DNA of 64,000 nt from Eledone cirrhosa (GCA_964016885.1 OZ024740.1:145948001-146012000), one strand, 5' to 3'; shown: positions 25,130-38,850, numbered from the stretch's first letter. Notes: generated by a model from the letters alone, not told the origin. Program-made: numbers and translations.

Positions 25130-26230
25130 ATCAAGCTGCATGGTTTGATACACTTCCTGGTTCACGGGTGTCTTTAGTGGAATTTGTTCTGTTGGAAGCA
25201 TTTAGATCAGACTTTCAGTTGGAGATTATTGCCCTGTCATCTTCTACACTTCTCTAGATACCAACAAACTAAAACTGAACCTACTGGGGAATTCTATCCC
25301 TCTCTTCCATCTCCCAACTCCAACTCAACTGAAAACCCCACACATCACATCTTAAAAAATGTAAGCCACACATCCTATTCCCTTCTGAGACATATCTATC
25401 AACCCTTATCCATAGTCCATCTCTGATATCCTGGCTACACTCTATTTAAATTTCACTCCCAAATGGAATGCCTGAGCCTATATAGATTCTGTTTTCACTA
25501 CCATTCACCTCTCTCATCTGGATATCAGCAGCAAAGATCTTCATTTACTGTGGCTCTTACCTCCACTATAACTACACATATAAAACAAATTGTGCCTCAA
25601 AGCCTCCCCACTTCCACAATCACTGCACATATAAAAACCTCAACTAACCTGTCTTTCTAAAAAAACATGAACTGGCAATTAGAACGTCACCTCACCATCA
25701 CTGAGTTCTCTCTTGGTGAATGCACATCCTCAAAATAGCCAAAGCTTTATCACAAAGACTGGCATTCCTATTTAGGAATTACTTGCTACAAAGCTCAGGT
25801 AAGATCCATAATGGATACTTGTACAACATCTTGAATGCTGTGTTACATGCAAACATCTTAGAAAAGCTAATTAACTGATTGGCATGAAGTCGTTCACTAT
25901 CACACTCCAGCCTTTGGCCCATAGACACATTGTCTCCTCAGTCTGTCTTTTCTCTTGCTACTTGAGTGAGTTCTATTTTTCAAAGTTGGTTGGTTTCATG
26001 CCTCTCTACTCAAATCACATCTCTCTCCATTTTGACACCCACATTATTTTCCCCACATCTGAACTTGGTCTAACCACTATGCTCAGTCCTTCCTCAAGAC
26101 ACTGAACCCTCTGGAATTTGCTTCCTGTACATGATTTTCCAGCAGCCATCAACTTTTCTTCTAGAGTAACATTAACTATATCAATCACATTAGTCTAGAA
26201 GTTTTTGCAAAGGCCTTTAAGCACAGCCCA
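25130..26230 (+). mobile_element. Highly degenerate LINE (CR1/L2-like) 3' part
   Basis: C/T-rich coding-like texture; decayed FF..T..LWNLLP-like terminus near 26090-26130. Confidence 0.4.
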
Positions 26231-26266
26231 TTATTTTGAACCAAAATGTGTGTGTACTTATATGTT

Positions 26267-26325
<59 letters not shown>

Positions 26326-26333
<8 letters not shown>

Positions 26334-26563
26334 TAAAATAACAGATTAAAGTTTAAGCAAAGAATCGCTGCTTTCACCCTTAACGGGATCTTCTGAAACT
26401 AAGGTTAGTTTCAGAAGATCCCGTTAAGGGTGAAAGCAGCGATTCTTTGCTTAAACTTTAATCTGTTATTTTAATAAATATTTGCTCTACGGTTCTGAGA
26501 TATTTGATATATATTTTCCTTATCGAGCCCTCTTTGGATTTTAGTCATCAATTTTATTATTAT

Positions 26564-26568
<5 letters not shown>
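26326..26568 (+). mobile_element. Mini-PLE: 156-bp hairpin plus tail in (TA)n
   Basis: Perfect inverted repeat 26326-26481 (loop gg); right arm and tail nearly identical to 13706-13870; HHR-like motif at 26407-26457. Confidence 0.85.
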
Positions 26569-26599
<31 letters not shown>

Positions 26600-26605
<6 letters not shown>

Positions 26606-27539
26606 TCTGGCTATGGAAACAGCAGTTGTAAGCAAGAGGACTGAGAGTGAATCTAGCTAAGACAAAAGTGTTGATGAGTAGAAAAGAGGACAAAACCCTG
26701 ATTCCGTCAGGGAAATGGCCATGTTCGATATGCAGAAAAGGAACTGGCATAAATTCTATAAAATGCACACAATGCAGATCCTGGGTACACAAGAGATGTA
26801 GCGGGATAGCAGGCAAACTAACAGGTAGGGAGAAATATGTATGCAGTAGATGTACAGGGAAATTAGACAGTAGAAGTCACATTGATAGACACATTTTTCA
26901 AATGCAGGAGGGCGCTATAGAAGTGGTGGATAGCTTCCGGTACCTAGGAGATCAGATTAACGTGGGAGGAGGGTGTTCCAAGGCCATAGTATCTAGAATA
27001 AGGACGGGTTGGAAGAAGTTTAGGGAGCTGCTTCCTCTGTTGACGAAGAAGGGTTTCTCCCTGCATACAAAAGGTCGGTTGTATGATGCCTGTGTGAGGA
27101 GCGCGATGCTGCATGGTAGTGAGACATGGGCAGCAACTGCAGAGGATATGCGATGGCTGGAGAGAAAAGAGGCAAGCATGCTCCATTGGATGTGCAGTGT
27201 AAATGTGCGTGAACGACCCAGCATAAATGTGTTGAGAGAGAAACTGTGTCTGAGAGGGATAGAATGTAGTGTACGGGAGAGGAGACTGAGGTGGTATGGA
27301 CATGTGATGCGCATGGAGGATGACCGATGGGTGAAGAAGTGCCAGGAAATGCCAGTTGAAGGAAGATGTGGTAGAGGTAGACCACGAAAAACATGGGCGG
27401 AGGTGGTGAGAACAGACCTCAGATCATTGAAGCTCACGGTGGAGATGACGAAGGACCGTGATGAGTGGAGAGATGCTGTGCTGAATAAGGCCCGTCCCAC
27501 CCTTGCAAGCAAGGAAAAGTGGATGTAAAATGATGATGA

Positions 27540-27543
<4 letters not shown>
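26600..27543 (+). mobile_element. Young 5'-truncated RTE LINE
   Basis: ORF 26647-27528 (PHD-like finger and thumb), (GAT)n tail, flanked by (TA)n. Confidence 0.95.
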
Positions 27544-27595
<52 letters not shown>

Positions 27596-28370
27596 TTAAG
27601 TATAAATTTAAGTTGTAGCTGCTATATAGCTGGTACTATTCAAATATATATATATATGTACACACACACCATGTTACACTGGTATTTGTGCACATATATA
27701 GATCAAAAGCATTAATCATCATTTTTCCAATGCTTGCATGGATTAGACAAGTCGTTATGGTCTGAGTCAGTTTTTATTTAGAGTTATTGACCTCGAGAGT
27801 TGGTTAGGGTGGGTGAGAGTGACAACATTTTGTTCATATTTTGATTTTGGCATGGTTTTTATGGCTGGCTGCCTTTCATAATACCAACCATTTTACAGAG
27901 TGTACTAGGTGCATTTTATTGTGGCATTAACATTAAAGAAATTTTTATTTCCTTCATGTGACAAGAGTCCTTTCTACTCTTTGTTGTCAACCACTTTACA
28001 GAATGTACTGGGTACATATGATGGCACCAACATAAGAGAGGTTGTCTTGTTTACTACAAGGTTAATCAAACTTGGCTGAGTGTGTGAACAGAACAAAGTG
28101 ATGATTAAAAGGGTAAAAGAGGATAAAGTATAAATATGAGTGTGGTGGTGGAAACAGAGTGATATGGTAGTGAGGGAGGGAGTGATAGCTACATGTTGGT
28201 AGTTGGTCACCTGCTTGAGCAGCATGAAGAGTTAGCAGTAAAGATGAGTCATGCTAAGAGAAAGAGACAGCATGAGAAATGGATAGCAACAAATATATCA
28301 ATCAAATGGTGAGAATGATACATTCAACTAAAAGTCACATAAAGGTGAGCGAACAATAGATATTTTTTGT

Positions 28371-28625
28371 ACAGTTTCTGTCTATGAAATTCCACCCACA
28401 AGGAGTGTACGGGTAAGTGGCTTGCTAAGTAACCCTGTGGTTCCAGCTTAGATCCCACTGTGTTACCTTGGGAAAGTTTCTAAGCTGGAACCACAGGGTT
28501 ACATAGCAAGCCACTTACCCGTACACTCCTTGTGGGTGGAATTTCATAGACAGAAACTGTATTGTTGCCTCAGGTTGATAAATACTTTTGAGAGTGGTAG
28601 ATGGAACATGTGCAGAATTCCATCA
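28371..28625. mobile_element. Rearranged tRNA-derived SINE forming an ~82-bp-arm inverted repeat
   Basis: 28371-28452 is the reverse complement of ~28479-28560; sequence resembles the SINE copy at 30445-30585. Confidence 0.65.
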
Positions 28626-31549
28626 CACACGCATGCATGTGCACACACACACATCCACGTGCACACACACACAGTGTACCAGTGATTGGTTTGTTGGAAA
28701 CCTATAGCCAGTGATGCTATTGTTTTCCAATGGTGATATAAAATAAATAAATACATCCATACTTGCTTCTACTATTTTTAGCAGCATTCCCAAGTAAAAC
28801 TGTTCTGGCTGTTGCTGTTAAATGATAGCATTAAGCTTGAATTTTGATGGAATTCTACCAAACTAATATTTGGATAAATGAATCACTGGCTTTACAACCG
28901 AAAATATAACAGTTATATTTAGCCAAGTAAAAGTTAAAACCAATTAATGTAACACTCTTTTTCAATAGAAACAACATATAAAACCGATTTGATTTATTCT
29001 TTATGACTCAGCCACACATGAGCAGAAACTGACAAGTGTATATATATTTCTTTAGACATATGGCCACAAAAGAGTTAAAGCATATTGATACTCAACCTAG
29101 AGTTGTGAGATTACTGTAACTTTTAAAATTCTACAGAATGATAGATAAAAATTCCTGTTTCCCACCAATTTTTTTTATGGAGACTGGTTGAGAGAGGTTT
29201 TGTTGACCAATATTTATATTTCAATAAATAATATCTTATCAAAGAGGTCATGATATTCTAAATCTAAAGTCTGTCTCAAGCCAGAAGGCTCATTAGGCCG
29301 GTGCTCATCTCGGTTTTGTGGCATGAGAGTACAAGACACCCCCCTCTCTTCATTGTTAGCATGCCAGTCCACCTCAGGGTTAAACCCCCAGTTATTGCTG
29401 GTACTCATTTTCAGCTGAGTATACTAGAGCAATGTGAAATGAAGTGTTTTGCTCAAGAACACAACACGCAACTCAGTCCAACACCCTTATCACTAGGCCA
29501 CGTGCCTCCATGACCATGGTATTACTAATTTTTTTTTTTCTTACACTAGAGAAAAGTCTTCAATTTAATTTTATAGTTTTAAAGTCCTCAAAATAAGAAT
29601 TCAAATGTATTTTATTGACTGTCTTGATATATTACTATGGCTTCATGTCAAATTAATTAAATGAATAAATTTGCTGAAAAATTTTCCTTTCTGTACATTA
29701 CTATCCATGGACTTTGGTTCAAACCACCTTGTACAAATGTTCCTGGCTGTTTTGATAGTCTATTATAATTTACTTTGCATCTAAATGTTGATGATAGACC
29801 ACAGAATGTATGGTAAATGCACTTGTCTTTTCCTTCTTTGACATTTACTGTAGAACTGTTTGTGCTGCTTTTCAAAGAAACTGACTTCAGTGATTGTTTT
29901 ACATGCCAGAATCAGTGGAATGTTTTTTTCATCAAAGTAACTATACTACGTTTTTAAATAACAACAATAATACTTCTGTAACTCCTCAACTAGCATTTAA
30001 ATCATATGCACAAATATTCCATCATCATCACACATTTGCCTTTTCATGCTTGCATAGGTTGGATGGGTCCTTTGCTGCACAGCTTCCCTCCACTTGCAGC
30101 ATTCCTTCATCAACTCTGTGAGGTTGAGCATTTTGAGATCAGCTCTAACCACATCTGTCCAGGCTTTTCTCTGTCTTTCTCTACTATTTTTTTTTTATTG
30201 TATAGAAATAAAATGTTTACTCATCTCCACATCCTTATTATTATTATTTAATGGTATTGATGATGGAACATGCATTGTGGCAGGGGTGGGGTTCTTTTAG
30301 GGTGCTATTTTGTTTGTACCTGTTGGGTCCACCCACTGTTTTGAATTCTATCAATAATTTATTCTGAAATTTTGCAAGTCGTTTGCCAACTTCATTACAA
30401 CACTTTAGTATGTCTTTTTCAAATTTTCCCCTTAAGTCAGTGAGTGCAGGCTGGGCTATGTAGTTAAGAAAATCACTTTATAACTACATAATTTCAGATT
30501 CAATCCCAAGTCTCTAATAGCCTCAAGTCAACCAAAGCTTTGTCAGTGAAATTTTGTAGAGGGAAACTATGTGGAAGCCTGTTAGATCATTCCTTTTCTT
30601 GGGTGTAAGAGTTTATGTGCTGTTTCCCAAATCAACCCTCTTAACACCAATCTGCCCAAAAATACCCCTGGTTCCATGATCATATTTAAACTAGAACTGT
30701 CCATCTCTCCGAATATTTTAATGTATGTTCCAAACATCACCTTACATACATTTACTAACCCCCCCCCCCCCAAATTAATTTGAAAGAATAGGTAGTATAT
30801 CTCATCTCGGAAATATGGTAATTAAAGGGCCCTTAGGTGCTTTTAGTGGAGTCCACTCTATTGCAAGGTCTGAGGATAACCTTCTTCCGCCAGTCTTGAA
30901 GGTTCTGAAAAAGGTCATGGGCACTGCCCTTCTTCCTTTGGAATAACTATAAATTTCACAATGTTATTAGCACGTCTTTTTTGCTTATATTAAAATATTT
31001 TATCTTTAGATGTCATGCTGACATAGACTGGAGAATTTGATTAAATGCATTCTATCTAATTAATCATCTCACATTTCTTGTTTTAAATCCTTTTAGAGTT
31101 AGCTTTCCTTTCAAATCTGTTAGTATTGAAGAAATAAGAATCAGCATAGCAATTTCATTGTAGAAGCACCATTTTATCCATTTAGAATCTACAAAGATAT
31201 CTATTTCATGAGGTGTGAACATTTTCATCACACCTTGTTTCTTGATCACTGACACAGTTCCACAGCACTCAAGTTTTCCTCATTACACACTACCATCTTC
31301 AAAATAGAAGGGAACATATTGAATAATATAATCATATATGAAAATGATCAGATGCTCATAATTGGAAAACTTTTGATCATAGGTCTGCACAGTGAAGGCT
31401 GACCTGGGACTAAGTAGCAACTTTCGTTTGATAGTTCTTCACAACTCCCTCTTTGTCTATAGGCTTCATGCCAAATTAAAAAATATATATTAACTCTCAT
31501 TAAATGAATAAATTTGCTGAAAAATTCTCCTTTTATTATTATCCACATG

Positions 31550-33260
31550 CTTTGGTCAAAACCTGATCCTACTCATCATCTTTTACAAAACATACACTGT
31601 GAAAAGCTTGTTCCTTTCTGAAACACAAATTTTACTTAATTCTGCATCTAGGCTATATTCTATTTGCCAACTTTACTCTGAAAAATAGTGCATGCACTTA
31701 TGTTAAATCAACTTTCTCTACCTCAAATCTATCTCACTTAAACATGAGCAACAAAGATTTCCAGTTATTCTGGTTCAAAATCTCTCTTCTCTACTTTACC
31801 ATCTCAAATTTTTCCAATCACCAATAGTGTTTGATAATTTCTTGATTACCCAAATTTTGCACAACCACCATCTTTGTCTATTTCAGATTATCTGATTGCA
31901 ACCAAATGGCGACAAATCCTGCTTCTTTTGACTCCAGTATTTCAAGCTAGCCATTCCTATTCTGATTACCTTTCACGCTATTTAGGTTTCACTACTGACC
32001 CACCAGAAACAGCTAAACAGTTGATTGATATCATTCTTCTAGGTATTTTCCCCTCTACAAACCTCATACAACCAAATCCCATTACTCCAGCTATACAGAC
32101 CAAGAACCCTGCTTACTACACCTGGAGGAAGTTATCCTTCACTAACTTAAGAGTGTTTACTCTTTACTGCAATAACTGCAAGATAACTATCAGGAAAGTA
32201 AAATATGCCTCTGTGCATTGCACAGCTTGCAAGATCTCTCATCTTACAAGTTTCAGCTTCGTTTTCTGGTTCATTGCCAAGAAAATCTTTACTAACTTTA
32301 TAAAATCTCCTACTTGCCACATTTCAACAGCAATCCTGTTGATAAGATCACTACATTTACTGTTTATTTTGCCTCCAACTCTATATACACAGCAAAACTT
32401 TTCCCAAGTTCTCTTGTCTTCAATTTACCTGTCTCAGTACCATTTATACATAGTTGTCAAGTGTGCAAAATTATCTACTTACTTAATCCCAACAAGGCAA
32501 CTGGGCTTGGCAGTATCATTTCCATTACTCTCAAACAGTCTATTTCATAGTTAGCTTCTTCCCTCATTAAACACTTCAATCTTTCTCTCTTCCCACAGGG
32601 ATCTATTCTAACCTGTGGAAACATATAAAAGGGCAACCTTTTTAACTCTGCCAAATATTGCTCTATCACCCTCACTTTCAACAACTTGATGGTAAGTCAT
32701 AATTAGCCACCACTTCATTAAGTCATTATTTCTCCATGTCTTATCAGCAACCACCAGTATGATTTCACTTGAGCTAGATCTACTATATTATTGCTCTCCT
32801 ACTTCATGCTTCAACAGAGTATTTGAGTACTTTACTGAAAGTTATGTAACAACTAAACCTATATCCTTATGGATGAGAAACAGAGAAGGTGTTTGGTAAT
32901 CAAGCTATCTTTGGCACTTCTATAAACTTTGATATTCAGTTATGTTTATCTTCCACACTCCCTTCTTTTCATAATTCTACTTGCTCTTGATTCTAAATAT
33001 GCACATTTTAATAAACTAGCTGCCAACTGCATACCACCTTTGAATTGGCACACTAAATGTAATTGCTTCTCTTCCTCATATCATTCTTTCTCTCATTCCC
33101 AGATAGATATTGTGCTAAACACTTTGATTACCTCTCTCTAGAAGTGTAACTCTCAGGAATTTCCTTGATGCTCATATTTTGTATAGGGCCATCAACCACA
33201 CAAGTTTAAATTGAACATCAACTACATCAATCTCACTAGCCTGGGAACTCCTAAAAAATT
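31550..33260 (+). mobile_element. Highly degenerate LINE (CR1/L2-like)
   Basis: Decayed HQY.F...RST motif at ~32750; the ORFs here are frameshifted remnants. Confidence 0.45.
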
Positions 33261-34249
33261 CATGGTTGCTGTCCTTCGTCTTTCAACTAATTAATAAATA
33301 TTTAAAAAAAACTATGTATATATATATACATATATACATTCCAGCATGAGTTCAGTGTGTTGGTTGGAATGGGTAGATGATAAAAAAAAAAAAAAATACA
33401 AATATTGTCCATGAGGTGCTTGTTTGTTTTATTGGAACTTTTCAGTAACCAAGCTATGCTGTTTGTTTAGATGTCTTCCAGTAATAGATTGGTACCCTCC
33501 AGAGCATCATATATCTTTGCTCAGCTAAGTTAGTTGGTATTTTATTCAACAATAACTTCTTTTTCCCTAAATTGATAAAGTAGATGATCACAGTTTTCAG
33601 GTGAGACATTTACACCTAATTTGAAAGTGAAGAGAGTCTAAACTCAGTGACATGACTGCTAGCATGTTTTCCATTAAATAAGAAAATAGATGGTTCAATT
33701 TCATCACAAAATGGTATTTACAAAGGTGTGTGTGTATACAGTAATAATTGCGAAGGCCAGATGTAGAAATTCATAACTCTTTTTACGCAATACAGTATAT
33801 ATGTTTATATATATATATATTGTTGTGTGAGTGTGGAATTGTAATCACTAAAGAATGAGCTCTCTATAATTAAACACTGAGATAAACATTTTATATTATG
33901 TAGATCACATGGCAGACTCGAATATACATTCCTAGATACTTGGAGTTTCCTGAAGCAAGCTGATGTTATAGCCGCCCTGTTCATCAGCCACTTTATATAT
34001 GTATATATATATAATTAAGGATAGTATCGCAAAGAGGATTGGGAAATACCCACGTTAGCAGAGAATATGTATATTATATAGTAACAGCTGGCCTCGTGCC
34101 GTCAAAAATGATGGCTAATTCTAATATGAATACATAATATAAAAAAAGACATGTTTGTTTGTTTGTTGGTTGGTTGGTTCCTTTGTGCTCACTCAAACAA
34201 GTGATACAAACACACAGTTAATCGCTACAGGAATTCCAGATACAAGTAT

Positions 34250-34490
34250 GAGCTCATCAGGGTTCGGACCTCAGCCCTCTTTTGTTCATTATAGTTCTCC
34301 AAGCCATAACAGAGGCGTTTAAGACTGGTTGCCCATGGGAACTTCTCTATGCTGATGATTTGGTACTTATAGCAGAATCAGTAGAGGAGCTAGAGAATAA
34401 ATTCCGGTGGTGGAATCAGCAGTTAGAATAAAAAAGACTGAGAGTAAACCTAGCAAAGACTAAAGTATTCGTAAGTAGGAAAGAGGACAA
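34250..34490 (+). mobile_element. RTE RT internal fragment
   Basis: HQGSDLSPLLF...CPWELLYADDLVL. Confidence 0.9.
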
Positions 34491-35923
34491 GTGAAGCATG
34501 TTTTAAGATAAGTAGTAACATTTTATAATGTTTTTCTACAACGCTGAGTAATTGTTTTTTATGTCACCTAAAATGACTGTATTTAGTAAAAACAAAACCA
34601 GTTTCAAGTGATTAGCTCTTATGAATACAAAATGTCAGTTCCAGATAAATAACATTCTTTTAAGTGTCTTCCTATTGTTCATTTTTTTTTGTCCTAAAAT
34701 CTCTTTCAGCCTCTTACTATTAGTTGAAACAAAATAACAACTGCTTATTGTTGATACTTTTCTTAAAATAGCTGTCTTGTACAATGTGTGCTTAAGTAAA
34801 GATTAGTCAGATATGAATGCCATAAATATTTAAATAAATATTACATATTTTGTATAATGTAGATATTTCAGCAAAACCTTCCCTCTAAATATAATTTCTT
34901 AAATTGGTGTAATTAGTACTATTTGTTCAGTGAAATATAGATAATATAATTTGGCTGCTGTAATTTTATCACAATGCTGTCTGTGACCTTAATTTAGTTT
35001 TTACATGTTATTATGGTTGTCCACAAATACTTTGTCTTTTGTGACATTTAAGAATAAACACAAATATAATTATAGATGAAATAGTAACCTCTTTTTATGC
35101 TTCCCTGAAGGAATTCATTATGCAATTTTGTTTTTAGAATTACATATTTAACTTTAAAAAAATGATAATTTTCAGTAATTTTCCTTAAAATGTTCAGAGA
35201 AGTAAATAAGTTAATCTTTTAACTACTTTCAATATTATAAAAAAAAAATTATAATTGTAGTGTTTTTTATTTATTACAAAGCTTTAAGATGACAGTGACT
35301 CACAAATAATGGCAGCAGACTACATAGAGTCAAGTGTTTTAATTTTTTAACATATTCTGGTTAAGGGAGAAGCAAAGTAGGTCTTTTGAGAGCCTAGATT
35401 GGGAATTAGGTCACCTAGCTGTTTATTGATCAAGAGAATAAAGTACTCCTGCCATCTGATCTGCATGAAAAACAATTGTTAATAAGATTATGAAATGTTT
35501 GGGATCTGATCATCATCTGGTGTGTTATTTTTGAATGTGTACATAATATCAGACTAGATTCAGACTCAGAACCTGTATTTCTCACAGCTTTGGCTAGTAA
35601 TGCATGTAACATGAATGAACAGCATTGCTTCAACAGAAGGCATATCAAAAACCAAAAACCAAACATTGTTTACATTTTCAGCACCTATCCGATGGCAACA
35701 CTTTAAATAACTATTACATAAGGACATTTTAATGCCTCTGAAATATACATAATGGGGTGATGTAAGACAGTAAACTAAAGTGGAATATGTAAAACCGTCT
35801 TTTTCTTTTTACATAATATATGTGTGTGTGTGTATATATATAAATATATACATATATATATATATATATATAAAATCCATGCAAGCGTGGAAGATGGACA
35901 TTAAACGATGATGATGATGATGA

Positions 35924-35971
<48 letters not shown>

Positions 35972-35974
35972 ATA

Positions 35975-36424
35975 AATAAAATTAGAATTTGATTTTTCGC
36001 TCTAACATAGCAGATTACATAAATGTAATTATGTGTTTTATATCAAATAATAATATTTGATTCGTTTGCAAGCAGTCTCATTATGCTATGTTTTGTTTTT
36101 GATGAGAATCGTCATCTGTTCAACAGTATCATCGAAGAACAGTCAACATGTTTCTGGGTTATTGTTCTTCATCAGGACTGTACTTCTCTGCTACTTGTTT
36201 GAACTGTTGAAAATATATAGTATTTTTTAAAGTATACATCGGCTGATTAGCCTCATTTGCATACCGAGTGATTTTATGACTGGCCTTGCCGAAAATTAAA
36301 AACAAAATTAGAATTTTATTTCTTTACATAGCAGATTACTTAAATGTAATTATGGGTTTTATGTTGAATAATAATAATATTCGATTCATTTGCAAACAAA
36401 CGGCCTCATTATGCCATGTTTTGT
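35975..36424 (-). mobile_element. Retrozyme-like element, ~1.4 copies of a 326-bp monomer
   Basis: attagaattt recurs at 35981 and 36307; HHR at 36140-36180; atttgcat octamer. Confidence 0.65.
36140..36180 (-). ncRNA. Type I hammerhead ribozyme with decayed stem II
   Basis: Reverse complement reads CAGTC CTGATGA agaacaataaccca GAAA CATG TT GACTG. Confidence 0.65.
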
Positions 36425-36429
36425 ATGCA

Positions 36430-38850
36430 AACGAATGGGCCTGAACTACACCAACTTGTTCCTTGGCTATGTTGAGGCTCAGATTTTCTCCCAGTACACT
36501 GGATCCACCCTATCTATCTAGGATGGGTAAAATTCCTAAGATCCATGGACGAGTTCTCTCCAGTGGTCCCCGTCCTTAATCATTGCTGCCATGTCCTGCG
36601 TCTCCTAGAGACCAGTATCTGTCCTTAGAGCATCAATATATGTCTTCTTCAGCCTTCCTCTTCTAGTGTGTCTGTGTAGGGGTTCCTACAGGACCACTGA
36701 GTGCAGTGTCAACTCTGAATGTTGGTGAGCATGTCCAGCTAACCTCAGTCTCCTCTGTGTTACTTTCAAGCTGACTTTTGGGAGGCTCCTGTACAGCTCT
36801 GAGTTCTTCGTCCTCAGTGTATACTGATTAATGTTCAGAACCACCCATCCACCATCTGAATGAGTTTCTTGGTCAGTGTTAAAGTTTCAGACCCGTACAG
36901 CAGCACAGACTCCACTGTAGCAATGAAGAGACGGATATTCAGGTCTTTCCGAAGGTCTGACTTCCACACCGATTTCAAACTTTGGCACGCTGTCCAGGCT
37001 TTGCTCTTCCTCTCTACCACATCATTCTCTGTGTTCCCAATCTTTGCTCCCAGATACAGGAAGTCCTGAGAGCCACCTTCCACAGCCCAGAACATTGGGG
37101 AGATCAGACAGCTGTTTGAGGAACTGGATATTGAGACAGGACCCTTCGCCAGAGAAGAGCTTCAGAGAGCCAAGAAGAAGATCAAGGAAGGCAAGGCCCA
37201 TGGAGTGGCATCAGTGGTGATGAAGAGGTGTGATTTTGATGATATCATCCTGGAGTTCTGTAACCAGGCATTGGAGCAAAGAAGGGAGATCTCTTTAATA
37301 CCAACAACTACAGGCGGATCTCACGTCACTTGTGGCAAAGACCCTCAACAGATGATTCTTAACAGGATCCAGCCCGAGATGGAGAAGAAGCTCAGGGACA
37401 ACCTTGAGCTATACAGTCATTATATCAACAACTGTATCGGTGTCACCTCTCTCTCCAATGAATAATTCAGCTCCTTTTTTTCCTTCATCTAGTGTTTTCA
37501 TTCCACTCTCACCTTCACTACCTCCATCTCCGATTCTTCCGTTCAATTTCATATCTCTCTTTCTATTGACCACACTCACCACACTCTCTCTACTTCTATC
37601 TTCTATAAACTCACTGACTCCCACTCCTACCTTGACTTCACCTCCCCTCCCCCACCAAACTCTCCTTACCCTACTCCAGATTCTTCCATCTTTGTTGGCT
37701 TTGCTGCAAGGACCATGGCTTGGAAACCCAGTCCCAACACATAGCTTGTTGTTTCATCCAATGTGGATATCTTCTCATCTTGCCCTCATGCTGCCCTTAC
37801 TGGCCCCGTGAAACTGACTGCACCACAGCTCTCAAGCCATGGCCACTCACCCAACACCCTGCTTCTTTTCCCCCTCACCTACCACCCCTCTACACTACCC
37901 CTGCGGCACTGTATCATTCTTGTTTCCAAACCCTCATTTCTGACCCTGTCACCTCCCATTTCTTTCCTAATTTACCCATCACCAACTTGAAGTGTGTCTG
38001 ACTTTCTTGAACATAGTTCCTCCTCTTTCTTCCCTAGAACTCCACCTAGCTCCCATCCCTTCTCTGCCCCCCGTAATTCTTGTTCCTTCATTACCAATTC
38101 CACCACCTTCACAGGTGTGAACCATTAACTTCATCTATGCCCTCCGACTTTCCCTTTGTGGACAAACAGGCCACTGTCTGGCAGACTGATTCGCAGAACG
38201 TCTGAGGGACATACAACTTGGAAAAGACACCTCTGTTGCCAATCATTTCCATTCCCCAAACCATTCTACCCAACACATCTCTGTCTCAGATATCATTTTA
38301 CACCACGTCTCCAGCCACTCGCACCAGGACTGAACAGAACTTAATTTTTCACTTTGGAACTACTTTCCTAAATGGCTTCACCCCCCACCCCCCTCTCCGT
38401 TTTTATAACTTCCCTTTATCTTTTCTTATGCACACACACAACTCCAGCCACTACACCAATATGCACACTCACATTACAACATATGCTACCCAACACACAT
38501 ATATACCTCTGCACACATAACGCTGAACAAACCAATACACACACACATGCACACGTCCACTCAAATTATACAAGGATTATTTCTCTTTCGAAACCTCTCT
38601 AATATCTAACATATCCACTGACCAGCATTTCCCCAAAATGGCTGACTGAACACATATGCTTTTCCTCAAAAAAATATTTTTCTGTTCTTTCCTCTTTCAC
38701 TTTCTATCTTTCTATTTCATCTTTTATTTCTTGTGCTATCTGATGAGTCACTAGTGTCTGAAACTATAAGACTCTTTTCCTATAATATCATTAAACTAAT
38801 ATATTTCTTCATTGTTTTTTTTTGCATTGTTGTTTCATACTTTCTGCGCA
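36430..38850 (+). mobile_element. Degenerate 5'-truncated PLE (Neptune-like), interrupted by a LINE at ~36511-37402
   Basis: MGPNYTNLFLGYVE / ELYSHYINNCIG (RYIDD), YKLTDSHSYLDFTS, GQTG..LAD.FAE, EQNLIFHFGT...NGF; pseudo-LTR with CTGATGA..GAAA at 38740-38763. Confidence 0.8.
36511..37402 (-). mobile_element. RTE-like LINE with a 5' inversion, nested in the PLE
   Basis: 36511-37095 minus: VESVLLYGSET..., RRLRLAGH, (TAGA)n tail; 37095-37402 plus: upstream RT part (EELQRAKKKIKEGKA, MILNRIQPEMEKKLR). Confidence 0.8.

Noticed and set aside
31874-32554. 226-aa ORF as a host gene
   Set aside because: It lies in a decayed LINE-like region with no splice or domain support
35682-35761. Possible 80-nt UTR exon (tttcag ... 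gtaaga)
   Set aside because: Splice-like motifs alone are too common in AT-rich DNA
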